DNA of 64,000 bases from Felis catus. Its lineage: Eukaryota. Below are positions 13,063 through 26,911 of the stretch, piece by piece. Position 1 is the first letter of the stretch, and each line of letters opens with the position of its first letter. Under the pieces are notes generated by a model. The model had not been told where the DNA came from. It ran no database searches and saw only the letters and a program-made list of their open reading frames with translations. The stretch spans positions 164,736,001 through 164,800,000 of the forward strand of contig NC_058368.1 of assembly GCF_018350175.1 (NCBI RefSeq), read 5' to 3'. The position numbers and the translations under genes were made by a program.

Positions 13063-15808
13063 AACATTTTCAAAGCATCTTTTTGTTTGTTTTGTTGATC
13101 TTTATTGTTTTTATATTTTACATTTTATTTATTTCCACTACTCTGTATTACTACCTTCCTATGCTTGTTTTGAGTTTACCTTTTATTTTTCTAATTCCTT
13201 AAGATCTAATTTCTTTGGCTGCATTGAAGTTTTTTATATGTAGTGCTTTTATTTTCATTCATCTCAAAATATTTGCTAACTCATTCATCTCCAAGTAGAT
13301 TTTTTAACTCCCCATATAACATTTTTTCATTCATTAATTTTTAAGATTTTGTGTTAATTTCCATTTATTTATAAATGTCCTTTTGCTGTTGAATTATAAA
13401 TTAATTGCATTGCATTTAGAAACATACTTTGTATGATTTCAATTTTTTTAAATTTATTAAAGCTTGTTTTATGAGCCAGCATATGGGCTCTCCTGTATAA
13501 TGTTTTATGTGCACCTGGGAAGAATGCGTGCCCTGCTGTTGTTTAATAAAGTGTTCTATACACATTTCTTACTTCTAGTTTATTTATAATATTTTCAAGT
13601 CTTCTATTTCTTTTTTCTTCTGATTTTTTTCTTGAAAAAATGATGTCCTTGAAAGTAGACATATTGAAGTCTTTGAAAATAATTGTTCAATTTTAATTTC
13701 TCCCTTCAGTTATTAGTTTTTGTTTTACATATTTTGGGGCTCTGATACATACATAATTCAAAATTAATTAAAATATGAACACAACATGCCAAAATATATA
13801 CAGATAATCTAAAGTAGTGCTAAGAAGGCACTCTCTTGATAAAAACTATCAAACCTATTGTACTGTTAAAAATGTAATGACCATAGTTTGATTTAAGACG
13901 TTTATTCAAAAATGTTAGTTGATAGATTACAATTTTGTTGTTTTTTTTTTTCACTGTGTCTAGATAATATACACCAGATTGAGGTTTTTAAAATGATCCC
14001 AACTAATAAGTTTTCAAATTTTTCCAGTTAAATTGCCTTTGAAATACAGATTGTTCAGACTTAATACTTACATGATGACACTTTTTATTAATTTTCAATC
14101 TATTAGCAGTTTTAATATGCTTGTTTGAACTTGTTTGAACATAGTCCATAGCTGTGTCTCACAGTCAAACAGATGAATCAAAACATACCTCTGCAGTTGA
14201 ATCACTGTACTGACACTACAAGTTTCTTCCATTGCTGGAGTATACTTGTCTCTCTCTAAGGTTTTTCATGATATGGAATTATAAAAAAAACATTATCAGA
14301 TACAAGCCTAATAAAAACCATTTTGACAAGATAATGTATATTAGTGAATATATTACTTAAAAGCAAATTACTTTTGAAAACTATGAGATCTACAAAACTA
14401 AGTGAGTCAGTCAGTAAAATACAGGCTGTATGCTAGATAAAATAAACAGAAAACAATGATGAAGTAACCTCAGAGGAAATTTATACTGAACTAAACTCTG
14501 GGAGGGTGATAAGATAGATCAAAGCACTGAACCTAGAATGAATTTTTGTATGTGTGAAAGGAAAAAAAAATAAGTATAGATCCTAGCCACATAAAACTGT
14601 CAGCTTGAAAATATATTGCTTGCATGGTCAATCACTTGGATAGCATTATTTTGTGATATATTAAACGTAGAAGCTATCTCTTATGGCTTTTGAAGTATGA
14701 CACACAAAACATTCAATAATCTTTATTTTTATGTTATGTTCAATATAAGAGAAAACTATAATAAAATTCATCCTGACAATACTGGCTATAGATAGATATA
14801 CTTTTTTCTTCTTTCGATAATTTTTATATATTAGAAAATCTTTTAAAACTAATTTTATTTATGGTTTCTATATAAAATTTAGTAGCAGTAGAAATTAATA
14901 CAATTACCGGTCCAAAGTCCTATAATTTAAACTTTCATTTTATAGACAGCCAGTTAAGAACACATATTTGAAATAGTAAAGTAAAATCAATCTCATTTTT
15001 ATAGTCCTTTTTGTTTCCCACATACTGTGTACTAAGATAATTTGCACAAGCGGTCTATAGGAAATATTAATATGTCAGTTTTATCTATTGATATTTCCTT
15101 TAATGTTTCTTAAATGATAGGGATTTATAACTAGATTTTGGACAATAAAGCTTATTTTTTTAATTAACTGGTAGTGAAAATATTAGACACGTGTTATTTT
15201 GTTTTTTAAAGTATATCTTTTAGTTTGGATAAACATTGTGAAAATAAATATCCTGAATATTTGAATCAGACAGAAGGGAAGTGAATATAAAACCTCTAAA
15301 GGAAAATATTAAATATTGTGATCCACTGAATATGTGAATTATACTTGAACAATTTACCAGTGATGTATCAAAGATTCATGTCGTGCTGAAATTTCGTTTT
15401 TCTCTTCATTGTATGTACTGAAATGCTTTCTGCATATAAATAGCTCTGTAGTTCATTTTGATAGCCACAGTCCCTTTGTGACTTTTAAAATTAATTCTGT
15501 TGGCAGCTAAAAAAATACTAATACCTAACCAGGAACAGAGAGTTACTGTTTATTACTTTTTTTTTTAACTTTTTACATTGGTGAAACTTTAGAATAATAG
15601 CCAATAGTTGCAGAGTAGCTATATGCTTGCCATATATGTGATCTTGATGTGAGACTGAGAGACAAGATCACACTCACATTTATGTTCTACAATTGAAGAT
15701 GCCTATTTTCAGGTTGGATTATGAATTTTGTAAGCAGTAAGATTTGGCATGCATGGTTTATTGAAAGTTTCCTTAGCAAATAACCTCCTTTTTCCCAATG
15801 ATTTTCAG

Positions 15809-15861
15809 CGTCGAGGGGAAACACTTTCAGTGAACAATTTGTGGTTAATGCCGTTCCGTAG
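15809..15861 (+). other. Candidate small exon of an unidentified host gene
   Basis: Acceptor ATTTTCAG, donor AG/GTAAAA; 4 CpGs in 53 nt of unique sequence; single stop-free frame RRGETLSVNNLWLMPFR. Confidence 0.35.
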
Positions 15862-16106
15862 GTAAAATCCCACTGAGAAGTGCTCTAGCTAACTTGCTCT
15901 GGGTTGTGTTCCAACTTAGTTTAAGGGACTTTAGGGGACACACTCCTGCTGATTCCACTGTTCTTTCCTGTCTTCCTTTTTTTGTAATCTTGACCCAAAA
16001 ACTATTTTAAGTGATGTCTGATTTGGCTTCCTGTGGTTCCCAAATGTTCACTGACAAAGGATTATTGAAAGAATGTGTGACTCTCCCTTTCTTTTCTTGA
16101 ATTCAG

Positions 16107-16169
16107 AGTTTCTGATGTTGATATTAATGTGAAAGGGTCATCCACAAAGAGACAAAGAACACTAATGTT
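16107..16169 (+). other. Candidate small exon
   Basis: Long pyrimidine tract plus TTCAG, donor GTAAGG; the only open frame (VSDVDINVKGSSTKRQRTLM) is in phase with the previous candidate. Confidence 0.3.
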
Positions 16170-16344
16170 GTAAGGCTTCTCAGGTCTTCTCCTTTATCAC
16201 AGTTGGGGGGACTCCAAACCATTGGGATCAAATATCTTCTATCACCTCCTTAAAAACATCAGCATCTGTGTCATCATTGGTCTGTAGGCTGTGAGGATTA
16301 TTCCTAAAGTATTCCTCTCTCTCTGTACAGTCCATCAATTGAAA

Positions 16345-16520
16345 GCTATAGAACCATGGGATTGTAGGGCTAAAGGGCACCTTGAAGGTCAAATCGCCCA
16401 ACCCCTTTCCTTTATAGAGTTAAGAAATTGAAGCCTATAGTGAGTAGGTTATTTGTCCATGAGCATGGATAAAGATACAGAAATGAATGAGAACGTAGAT
16501 CTCTGTCTACAGCAAGGGAA
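16345..16520 (-). mobile_element. MIR fragment
   Basis: AAAGGGCACCTTGAAGGTCAAATCG.CCAACCCC...TATAGAG.TAAGAAATTGAAGCC resembles the MIR core. Confidence 0.55.
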
Positions 16521-17435
16521 CTCCACACTTCATGTGCATTAGTGCTATGGTTTTCCTTGTTTCCTTAATACCTAAGTCATCAAACCTTGTTCAGATACCA
16601 GAGAATCTTCTGACATGATAGTTGAGTTGAAGAGATAACATTCTTTAACAGTAAACACTAAATAGAGCTTTAGATTACAAGAAATCTAAAACGTCAAAAT
16701 TATTTGTTTTTCTAAACATGTCATATTGTCAATCTAGTTTTCATATCAAGCAAAAAGTGATATTGGCTTTTATCCAAAATGGTAGGGACTTTTATTCAAA
16801 GGAACAACAATAAGAAGTCTTTGGTGAAAATAAAGTACAGCATTAATATCTAACTGTAAGAATAGTGAATATGGACTCTCAATGAAGGATATCTACTACA
16901 ACTGGATTCATAACCAATATAGTTTATCAAATAAGTTTATGATGAAAAATTGCCTTGAGGAGTGCTAAGAAAAAAGAACAGTATCTTCAATTATAATTAT
17001 AAAAACTATACCTTCAATTACTTGAAGGTATAGGTTAACTTGAAACGTAAATGACTCAGCATGAGTCATACAAGTAAGAACTTCTATGTTACTCTTATAA
17101 AAGTAGCTCAAATTCATGTTCCCAGAGTAATAGCACATTTCAACTGAAGAGAGATCAGAAGTAAAGGAACAATGTGCTTTACTTGTGGTGAAATGACACA
17201 AACGTGTACTACAAAGAAGAGGAAAAGTTAATCTTCCTTTTATTTTGAGATAAAATAGAAAAGATTCAGAGAAACAAAGAGAAATACTGGTCAATAAACT
17301 GTTTCCCTCCATGTGTTTCAAGGGGTGAAAAGACTTTTAGAGATACCTAGTCCAAACTTCTTCCAAATGAAGGTGGAAGGAAAATTCAGTCAGTCTTAGC
17401 GTAAATGTTTTCCATTCAGATGAGTCTACTTCTTT

Positions 17436-17649
17436 TTTTTTAATTTTTTTTAAATTTATTTTTGAGACAGAGAGAGACAGAGCATGAGCAGGGGAGGGGC
17501 GGAGAGAGAGAGAGACACAGAATCTGAAGCAGGCTCCAGGCTCTGAGCTGTCAGCACAGAGCCTGACGTGGGGCTTGAACTCACAGACTGTGAGATCATG
17601 ACCTGAGCTGAAGTCGGATGCTTAACTGACTGAGCCACCCAGGTGCCCC
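17436..17649 (-). mobile_element. Carnivore SINE (felid type)
   Basis: Full SINE; 18-bp TSD AGATGA(G/A)TCTACTTCTTT at 17418-17435 and 17650-17667. Confidence 0.95.
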
Positions 17650-18109
17650 AGATGAATCTACTTCTTTATTATAGGTAGCCTCTTCAGTTATTAGCTAGGA
17701 TTTTATATCTTCTTCCACAGATTGAGTGAACATCTGCATCCATGTATCTACTTCAAACATATACCTTGCCTTTTTCTATTAATTTTAGGTTAAATTTTCA
17801 AAAGAATATTTTTAGCATTAAGGTCAACTTCCATTTATCTATGATATTGAATAAAATTTATAATATTCAATATTTACAGCAAAAAGATATTTTTCATCAT
17901 TACTCAACATATGCATCTGTATTTTATTTCTCTTCATTTCTAAAGCTCTATGATTTTTATAGCTTTATGAGGCTAGATTCTTAAAATAGAAGCAGGTGGA
18001 AATAGTATGTTCATATATAAGCAAATAATCTCTTTATTTTGATATATTCATAGTGGAAAGAACATTTTCATTGCTGGTCTTGGCATATATGAATAATGCT
18101 GGAGAATTA

Positions 18110-18205
18110 TGTATATATAGATGTCTCTCTCTCTACATATATATGTACATATATATATACATATATATGTCTATATATATATACACACATATATATACAT
18201 ATGTA

Positions 18206-18244
<39 letters not shown>

Positions 18245-18245
18245 C
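18110..18245. repeat. Compound (TA)n/(CA)n/(TG)n microsatellite
   Basis: Directly visible. Confidence 0.9.
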
Positions 18246-18915
18246 CCAGAGAATTATATTTTTTAAAACTACAGAATTATTGCTTACTGTAATTTTTTTT
18301 TTAAATTTCATATTGAAAAATGTTTGGTCTTGTGTGTTTAATTTTCACATTAACTTAATATAAAATAATTAAGTATTATGAATGCTTAAAAATTTATATT
18401 ATTTCAAAAATGGCTATAAATGATACTATGCAAGGACAGTTTATTGAATATTCTAAGCCACATGCATTTTTATGGAATTTCATGTTCAGTCTTTGAAATG
18501 TGTATGAAGAGGCAGAAAGTCATATGGGTGATATTCATGCTTTCATCAGTTTGGAACCTTTCTGTAAAGAGCAATGGCTGGTTCAAGTCCCCAAGCGTTT
18601 CTTCCCATCACTGCCACTTTTTGAAATTAGAGAAGGTCAGACACTTGAATACTAACAGCTGGGCATTGGGGCAAGGATGCATGCAAATACTGGTGAAATA
18701 AGAAGCAATGTTCTCAAGTAAATTAGCTCAAGTCCTATCAGCCTGTGAGCCTTTTCTTAGCCAGGTAGAAGAGAACTATTCTAACTCTGAAATCCACTAG
18801 CAAAACCCCTCACCTTTTAAGGGCTGACATCTTGGGTGTGAGACCTATGTGGTAGTAGAAGGTTTAATGTTTTGCTTCACCATCTTGAAATTATCAATAA
18901 TTTTATTTTTGAACT

Positions 18916-19290
18916 ACTTTTTTAATTCCAATGTAGTTAACATACAATGTTTTATATTAATTTTAGGTGTACAATATAGTGATTCACCAATTCCATATGT
19001 TACTCAGTGTCCCTCAAGTTAAGTGTAATCTTAATCCTCTTCACCTATTTCACTCATCCCTTACCCACCTCTCATCTGTTTGTTCTCTGTAGTTAAGAAT
19101 CTGTTTCTTGGTTTGTGTCTTCTTTTTTTCCTTTGTTCATTTGCTTTGTTTCTTAAATTTAACATATGAGTGAGATCATAAATCATTTATCTTATATCGA
19201 CTGGTTTATTTCACTTAGCATTATAGTCTCTAGTTCCATCTATGTTGTTGCAAATAACAAGATTTCAGTCTTTTGTATGGCTGAATATTC

Positions 19291-19338
<48 letters not shown>

Positions 19339-19572
19339 ACTTTTTAACTGATCCATCTATCAGTGGACACTTAGGCTGCTTCCATTTCTTGGCTATAAGT
19401 AATGCTGCAATAATTGTGGTACATACATCCCTTCAAATTAGTGTTTTCATATTCTTTGAGTAAATACCCAGTAGTGTGATTATTGGATTGTAGGGTAGTT
19501 CCGTTCTTAAGTTTTCAAGGAACCTTCGTACTGTTTTCCACAGTGGCTGCACCAGTTTGCATTCCCACCAGC
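18916..19572 (-). mobile_element. Carnivore L1 3' fragment containing (GT)22 at 19293-19336
   Basis: L1 3' motifs ATTTCACTTAGCAT, TTCCATCTATGTTGTTGCAAAT, GTGGCTGCACCAGTTTGCATTCCCACCAGC. Confidence 0.85.
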
Positions 19573-19855
19573 ATGTTAGTTACTTCCTTGTATTTGCCAA
19601 CCAGTTATGTTGAAAATGATAACTTAAGAAGGAAAAGGAGATAAGACAGACCATAGTTTCTTTCCTTTCAGTCCTTTCTTACACATTACTAAGCCTGAGG
19701 TAGGAAGTGTTGGTAGAATATGTTCATATCAGGAAATGAAATAGTGGCTGAATTAGTTTTGTAGAGCATTTCATTTTTCTGTAAGAGTGAAATACATAAG
19801 CACATATAGACTAATATTATGAATTGTGTAAATTCAGTTAACTCCATGTACATGT

Positions 19856-20046
19856 TAAATGTTTATTTATTTATTTTGAAAGAGAGAGAGGGAGAGAGAG
19901 AACAGAGAGAAAGAATCCCAAGCAGGCTCTGCACCATCAGCACAGAGCCCATCTAGCACAGGGCTAGAACCCACAAAGTGTGAGGTCATGACCTGAGCTG
20001 AAATCAGGAGTCAGATGCTTAACTGACTGAGCCACTCGGGTGCGCC
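19856..20046 (-). mobile_element. Carnivore SINE
   Basis: (GA)n tract, GTCATGACCTGAGCTGAAATCAGGAGTCAGATGCTTAAC; TSD TTAAATG. Confidence 0.9.
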
Positions 20047-21837
20047 TTAAATGCTCTTAATATTTGTATTTTAAACTGAAATTACACAATATAAAAATAA
20101 ACATAAAATTCATACTAATAATTTAAAATTTTATTTTTTCTTTATTTAGAAATATTTACTTTTAAATTAAGCCATAATACCTTGGAAATACTGTGGAAAG
20201 ATTCTGACCATTGCTAGGATAGTATGATGTTAAAACATTTTTAACAGGCCTACTAATTTTTAGAAAATGACTTTTTAAATAAACTCAAAAACAGTGATAA
20301 CCTGAGTCACCTGTGTGAATGAATTATATATATATTTCCTTCTTTTACTTATAAAAAAAGTACACAAAACAAGAGGTTTATTTAGTTTGGAGTTTTGCCA
20401 ACTAATCTTTACAGACTGAAATCCCTAAGGACACGTTTTTACAAATAGGAATGTATGAAGTTATTCACAAATTCAGCAGCCCTACTTAAAAATGTCTGGA
20501 AAAATGTTTTACACATGAATGCTCCATAGGGTATAATCATTGAATACTTATTGAAGATTACATATGAGCTTCAGTCCTGAGGAAAAGGTGATCTGAGTAA
20601 CAGCAGATTGATGGATACAAATGACTCAAGTACTTCTCATATTCCAGGCCAGTTATCTGTGAACTAAGGAGGACCTCAACAGTAGTTCATAATAACTGAT
20701 TTGGAGCTGTTATAGTCATTTAGATTAAAGTCTGTTTAAATATTTGGCTACATATGGTAAATCAAGGCAGATGAAAGCAAGTGTGAGCCTATAGGCATGC
20801 TGTCAGTTAATAGCCCCAAACCACAGACCTTAGTCAGTTTCTATAGTTCTGAGAAACCCGTGCTGTTTTATTTGAGACTATATTCATGGAAACATAATGG
20901 TGCAAATGTACACTACCTTCCATAAATCTTAAATTTCATAAGTTTCCTTTCTTGAACCAAGACAACAGTTTCTATGCTTAAAATTTGATCAGTATAATCA
21001 ACTAGTTCTAAAGTTACGATATGATTTTGTGAAGTTACCTGACATCTTCAAGCAGTAGCTTCTTCCATATGTAGAGTGTGACTAAATTATACCACAGAGG
21101 GTTTTTGAGTAACAGTTTATGCAAAGGAGCATTTCCCATATCTCATGTTCCATAGTAATATAACAGCATCAGAGCTTATATTTAAGAAATTGTGATTGGG
21201 AGAAGTTTCACATTCTAATAATTTAATTTTTGATTTTTCTTACTGTGTATCAACACAGGTTTTTGAAAAAATATATATATTTGAAATTTACTTCCTCTGT
21301 TATACATACATCCGTTATTTGTGCTAAAATTCTACAAAGGATTTTAGAGCCAATTTGTTGAAAAAGCTTGACATAGCATTTTGTTAAGAGGATGGAAGAT
21401 AAAGTTCATGGGGGGGAAAATTGGTCATGAATATCTGAGATGATCTGAAGTAATAAAAACATTGACGAATCCATTATTGTGCTCCCCGTCCTGTGAAGGA
21501 GATCTAGATAGTCATATAGAATGCTGTCTTACACCCACAATTCCATTACCATTGAAAACGTAAGTACTGACCTTGTCAAAAATGGACATAAACTTTTTTC
21601 TTTGCCTAAAAGGAATTGGATGTTTAGGATCTGCTATTCAGGACTATTTCAGAAAAAAAAATAAGATTTCACCAGTCCTTATTGTTCATTCTCTTACCTC
21701 CTTGTAGGTCACTACCTCGTGCTCATGCATGTCATCATGAGTATATGAGCTTACATGATGCTTACAAGTGCCTGCCCACATACATGTATATGTAGGGCAT
21801 CCAGCTCAAACATTTCACTAATGAAAACTATGATTTT

Positions 21838-22060
21838 TTAAATTTTTAAAAAAAATGTTTAATGTCTTTATTTATTTTTGAGATAGAGACAGCATGAGCA
21901 GGGGAGGGGCAGAGAGAGAGGGAGACACAGAATCTGAAGCAGCCTCCAGGCTCTGAGCTATCAGCACAGAGCCCTACAGCGGGTCTCAAACTCACAGACC
22001 GCAAGATCATGACCTGAGCTGAAGTTGGAGGCTGAACCGACTGAGCCACCCAGGCACCCC
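21838..22060 (-). mobile_element. Carnivore SINE (felid type)
   Basis: Full SINE flanked by TGAAAACTATGATTTT at 21822-21837 and 22061-22076. Confidence 0.95.
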
Positions 22061-22076
22061 TGAAAACTATGATTTT

Positions 22077-22236
22077 ATTGTTTTAATTTATTTTATTTAA
22101 TTTATTTTTTTAATATGAAATTTATTGTCAAATTTTTTTCCATACAACACCCAGTGCTCATCCCAACAGGTGCCCTCCTCAATACCCATCACCCACCCTC
22201 CCCTCCCTCCCACCCCCATCAACCCTGTTTGTTCTC
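22077..22236 (-). mobile_element. Severely 5'-truncated felid L1 (3'UTR plus tail only, about 160 bp)
   Basis: Matches the 3'UTR of the full-length L1s (CATACAACACCCAGTGCTCATCCC); flanked by GAAAACTATGATTTT at 22062-22076 and 22237-22251. Confidence 0.92.
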
Positions 22237-22263
22237 GAAAACTATGATTTTAAAAACACTTCA

Positions 22264-22466
22264 GGGGCGCCTGGGTGGCGCAGTCGGTTAAGCGTCCGAC
22301 TTCAGCCAGGTCACGATCTCGCGGTCCGTGAGTTCGAGCCCCGTGTCAGGCTCTGGACTGATGGCTCAGAGCCTGGAGCCTGTTTCCGATTCTGTGTCTC
22401 CCTCTCTCTCTGCCCCTCCCCTGTTCATGCTCTGTCTCTCTCTGTCCCAAAAATAAATAAATGTTG
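22264..22466 (+). mobile_element. Young felid SINE (SINEC_Fc-like, CpGs retained)
   Basis: GGGGCGCCTGGGTGGCGCAGTCGGTTAAGCGTCCGACTTCAGCCAGGTCACGATCTCGCGG; TSD AAAAACACTTCA at 22252-22263 and 22467-22478. Confidence 0.95.
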
Positions 22467-25400
22467 AAAAACACTTCAGTTCTATTCTTTTAAAAATGGT
22501 CTGTAATGACTGTCAAAATAAACTTATAGTTAAAATGATCTAATTATAGCTCAATTTGATATGTTCCCCTTGCAAAAAGACTATCCCCAACAATCTTTGA
22601 TCATTATTTTTAAAGTTAGCAAAGATTTCGGATTTAAAAATGTTCTACACACTCCTAATACCTTATCTTAACCTCTGCCTTTCTCTTTGTCTTCTATCAC
22701 ATATCCATTCAATCATTGTAAAAACCACTTTTATCAAGGATGGGCTCTTTCAAAAATTCATATTTTCTTCTTCTAATTATTTTTGTGCCCTTTTATTTCC
22801 CTTTATGAAACAAAGGAATGAAAGACGAAATCTTACAGAGATGCTGTTCACTGTTGACTGGTATACAAATATATTCAGCAAATAAAAATCCAGAAATACC
22901 TTTTATACACTAAAGAAACATACTGCTTTGAGGAAAAATGACATTCCAGATTTTTCTTATAAAATGAAACAGCTTGACAGCATTCAGTTCTTTCCCCCCT
23001 TTCATGACCCTGATAATTTTTCCTGGCACCATTTGACTCTACTAAGTGTCTATTTACTCCATCACTATCTACAGCAAAGGAATATGGGTAGTAATATTGC
23101 AGATACATGAAGTACAAGACATTCTCAGTTGCCCTTTCCCAGTTCTGCTGGCACTTGCTGACAGTTGTAAAAACTTGTTGTTGTCATAAGCAGAGACAAC
23201 TGCAAAGGCACAAAGGGAACAGATGTATGCTATAATAATAACAAGGTGCCACTTAAAAAAAAATACTTTTCAGCTTAGGGCTACATTTAAACCTTCAGGT
23301 ACAGTTCATGAAACTCATAATGTGGAGAGTGAGTACTGCTGGTGTCTTTGAGAGTCTCTAGGGGACAAGACTCTGAGATATTGTTATCATTATCACCATC
23401 TTGCTAACTGAATCACAGTTAGTGCCTTGGTTATTATACCTAAGGGAGTGACTTACTACCCTCTAGGTTGAAATAAAGGGCAAAATGAGATTCTTCCATT
23501 GTTGGTGAGTGGAAAACATTCAGGACACACAAAGGAAAAGGCATTCTATTCAATCTCAATCTTTTAAAAATAGAGAACTAAATTATTCTGAATATTCAAT
23601 CCTCAGTTTGGTCATATAAAATAATTGAGCATAGATTTCGACTAAATGGAATGCAGATGGAAATCTTTGTACAGTTAGATGTATTCTTCCTTCTGAAATA
23701 TATGCATGTCTATTTTCATAGAATTGCAAAAACAAAGAGGCAAGATTTCATGCAAAAGCAGAGTTGCACTTGAAAATGAAAGGATGTTAACATGCCACAG
23801 ACTGCATGTTTTTAATCTCAGTTAAGATGTAAAATTTTAAGATGCTGTTGAAGTAATTCAGTTAAATAAAATAAAGGTAATATTGATGAAAAACACTTTC
23901 ACTTTCATTGATTCATAAACATTGGAGTGTAAATGTGTAGACTTTTTTTCAAACCCTATAGATAGAAATGAGTGTTCTAACTTTAAGTATCTGGAAAGGA
24001 AATATAAATTGTATGTTACACTTGGACATGAAATAAAATGGTCATTGTGTTTTGATGATGAAAAGTTGACAATGCCCTATATTGCTAACGAATTGTATTT
24101 TTTACTCCTTTTCCTGATGTGCCTAATTTTATTTTTTCTATTGTTTCCTATTGTGACCTTGATTTATTTCAAAAGGAATTGTTAAATGCCTTGTCTATTT
24201 GCAATGGCTTAATGTGGGGTAGGCAGATGAAACACAGTGACTTCTCCAAGTAACTTCTGGCCTCGTGATTCTCTTTTTATTTGCTAAATTGCCACATTCT
24301 GAGAAATGGTTAAAAGATAAAAATGTCACTAGAGCAGTTTTATGAATTACTTTCCAAGTAAATCTTAATGATGAGGACTTTTAAAACACTTGAAATATGT
24401 TTATAAATAATTAAACTGGATATATTGTAGGAAAGAGTAGAGGGTACTAGGATGAGTGCTTTTGACAGGGGCAGATGACCATTCAACTTTAAGTGTGAAC
24501 CATGAAAATAAAAGCAACTGTGCTTGATCATTTACTCAGCACTAGAGGCAATAATCAAGTTCCTCAAATCAATCACACCATCGAAGAGTGATGGCAGGGA
24601 GCAGACGCTTTATCAGCAAAACTGCGTATTTTGTATCAGTTTGTCTCTTTGTATTTTTAGACATAAATCTTTAATGTGGAGTTTGTGTTCAGACAGCATT
24701 CTCTCCTCCCTACAGGTGTTGACAACACAATAGGATTTGTGGATTTTGAGCACCTGAGGGAAAAATTGTCATATGAGCAAAAATTGATATTATTACATTA
24801 TAAGACATACTTTAATAAATGTATCTCTTCATCTCAGAGTAACAGTATTTGGACAGATAGTTTAGAAGAAAAATATCTCTATTTTAGCAAATTATATTTT
24901 ATATCAGATATGGATATTAATATAGATAGCCAAGAATGTTGGTCAATTTTATAATATATTTTGTATATTAATATAGATATTATTAGCAAGCAATGGTAGT
25001 TCTGTTTTATAGCTCTTTGAATCAAATCAAGAACACTGTATTTCAACTCAAATTAGAACCAGCATTTTTTTTTGCTGTTGATTTTCTCACTAAATATTCA
25101 TATTTTGTTTTGAAAGCTGTTAAATTGAACTTAATATCACATTGTTTAAGTAACATATTTCCCAACATTAATTCAGACAGACATTGTTACTGTATTTTGC
25201 TTAATACTGACTAAATATAAACTTTTGAATGTTATGGAGAAAGGATAAAAGGGACATGAGAGTTATTGATTGCAATATGAATTTAGCTGTTAATGATTAT
25301 GTCCATGGGAAATAGAAAATTCAATAGAAGTTGGAGCAAAGACTATCTCTATTTTCTCATATCTAACTTATTTCAAACTGATAGATAACATGATGCCAAA

Positions 25401-25952
25401 CCTTGTGTAGTGAAGTATAGTTGAATTGCTAGTGAATAGGAGTGTGGTTGATGGACTTTATTGTATAAAATGTGGTACAGTTTTGCTCTTATGCTTACTA
25501 AACGTGAAAGCCAACACAAAATAGTAAATACTAAAATACTTGAAATATTACTAAATGCTTGTCTCAGTTTAACAATTTTACACTTAGCTTAAGCTTGATG
25601 AAAGTTATGTTCCCCCTGAGTCCCCAAGTATACAGCATGGAGGATCACTTACATTTTAAAAAGTGACAACTTGAGATAATCATGTAAGTTTGATAAATGT
25701 ATATTATGTTAAGGTCAAGGGCTGTCTAATTGAATATAAATCTACTGACCTTGGCAGATTCACCATACCCATTTGAAAGTCTTATTATGTAATATTTTTT
25801 GTCATTTGCTTAAAAATTTTAAGTAGCAAATGTATATGTATTGTGTGTATTCAAATTTTACCACTTGAAATGTCTATGCACTTATAAAACATATTGTCTC
25901 TCTAATGTTTATTTTTATGTTTTTTTCTTTGATATATTGTGCTGTTGTGCAG

Positions 25953-26014
25953 GTTTTATAATGTTGAAATACTAATCCATGCTTTGTCTTCTGCATTATA
26001 TCTGGATTGTTATA
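25953..26014 (+). other. Candidate small exon
   Basis: T-rich tract plus TGCAG, donor GTGAGT; only open frame FYNVEILIHALSSALYLDCY. Confidence 0.35.
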
Positions 26015-26695
26015 GTGAGTAATTTGTGTATACTTATTCTTCTGATGCCATGTAGTTGCTTGCGGAAATTATACATTTAATGTTTGTTTGAGCCATTAAG
26101 TTTTGTGAATGCTATCTTGTTGAAAGTCATTATTATAAGTGGATACTAGCCTATCATTTACATCCCTGGATGGAGGATATCATTATGAGAATTTTCCAAT
26201 GGATGGCCTAAATAAAAAGTTTGATTATTTTTGTTTGAAGGAAATGCAAAGGGATTTGCATTCCTAAGTGATAGATATCACTGATGTATAAAATTATGTC
26301 TTGCTTTTGCTTTATTTGAGATCTTATTTTGGTCTCAAAAAAAAGCAATTTTCAAAAGTAAAGTAAAAAATATATCTACATTAATAGATACGTGTTATGA
26401 TTAGCAGACCATTCAAAAACCAATGACTTTATTTCCCAGTGCCCAGCAATAAAAAAGTCAACAAAGTATATGCTGATGATTTCAATAACCTGGTGTTCAA
26501 AAGGCTAGAAGCTTGTAAACCAGAATCTAACATAATTCTGCACATAATATCAAGAGACAATATACATTTATCTTTAGTTCAAAGGTAATGTTAATGCTCT
26601 TTGTTTTGAACATATGTGCTATATATACTATGTACTATATTTTATAATATAGTCAGGTGACTAAATTGTCAGATGTCAATTAGCAGTGTCCTCTT

Positions 26696-26911
26696 TTTTA
26701 TGTTTATTTATTTATTTTAAGAGACAGAGAGAGAAAGAAAGAGTGTGAGAAGAGGGGAGGTGCAGAGAGAGAGAGGAAGAGACAGAATCCCAAGCAGGCC
26801 CCATGCTGTCAGCACAGAGCCCAACGCAGGGCTCAGTCTCACAAAACATGAAATCATGACCTAAGCTGATGCCAAGAGTTGGTCTAACAGTCTGAAATCC
26901 CCAGGTGCCCC
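26696..26911 (-). mobile_element. Carnivore SINE
   Basis: (GA)n tract, reverse head CCAGGTGCCCC; TSD AGCAGTGTC(C/G)TCTT. Confidence 0.9.

Larger units (their letters stand above)
9690..13750 (-). mobile_element. Old 5'-truncated LINE-1 (L1MB-like), about 4 kb, with two SINE insertions
   Basis: Typical old L1 3' end (TTTAATTGAGATGTAATT...AGAGTTGTGCAACCAT). Decayed ORF2 remnants, e.g. NTHFFQEDIQIANKYKKRFSRSLVIKE and LKTFPLKSGTKQGCL. Confidence 0.85.
18820..20150. mobile_element. hAT-Tip100-type DNA transposon relic (MER91/Zaphod-like), interrupted by an L1 and a SINE
   Basis: GGTTTAATGTTTTGCTTCACCATCTTGAAATTATCAATAATTTT resembles the MER91A/Zaphod end; similar sequence resumes after 19573. 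Recall only. Confidence 0.45.

Noticed and set aside
18053..19463. YI-repeat and CV-repeat ORFs
   Set aside because: Translations of (TA)n and (GT)n microsatellites.
21330..24954. Further possible exons (donor at 21560; acceptors near 24175 and 24715)
   Set aside because: Only one convincing splice site each, or in-frame stops, and no recognisable peptide; not supportable without transcript data.
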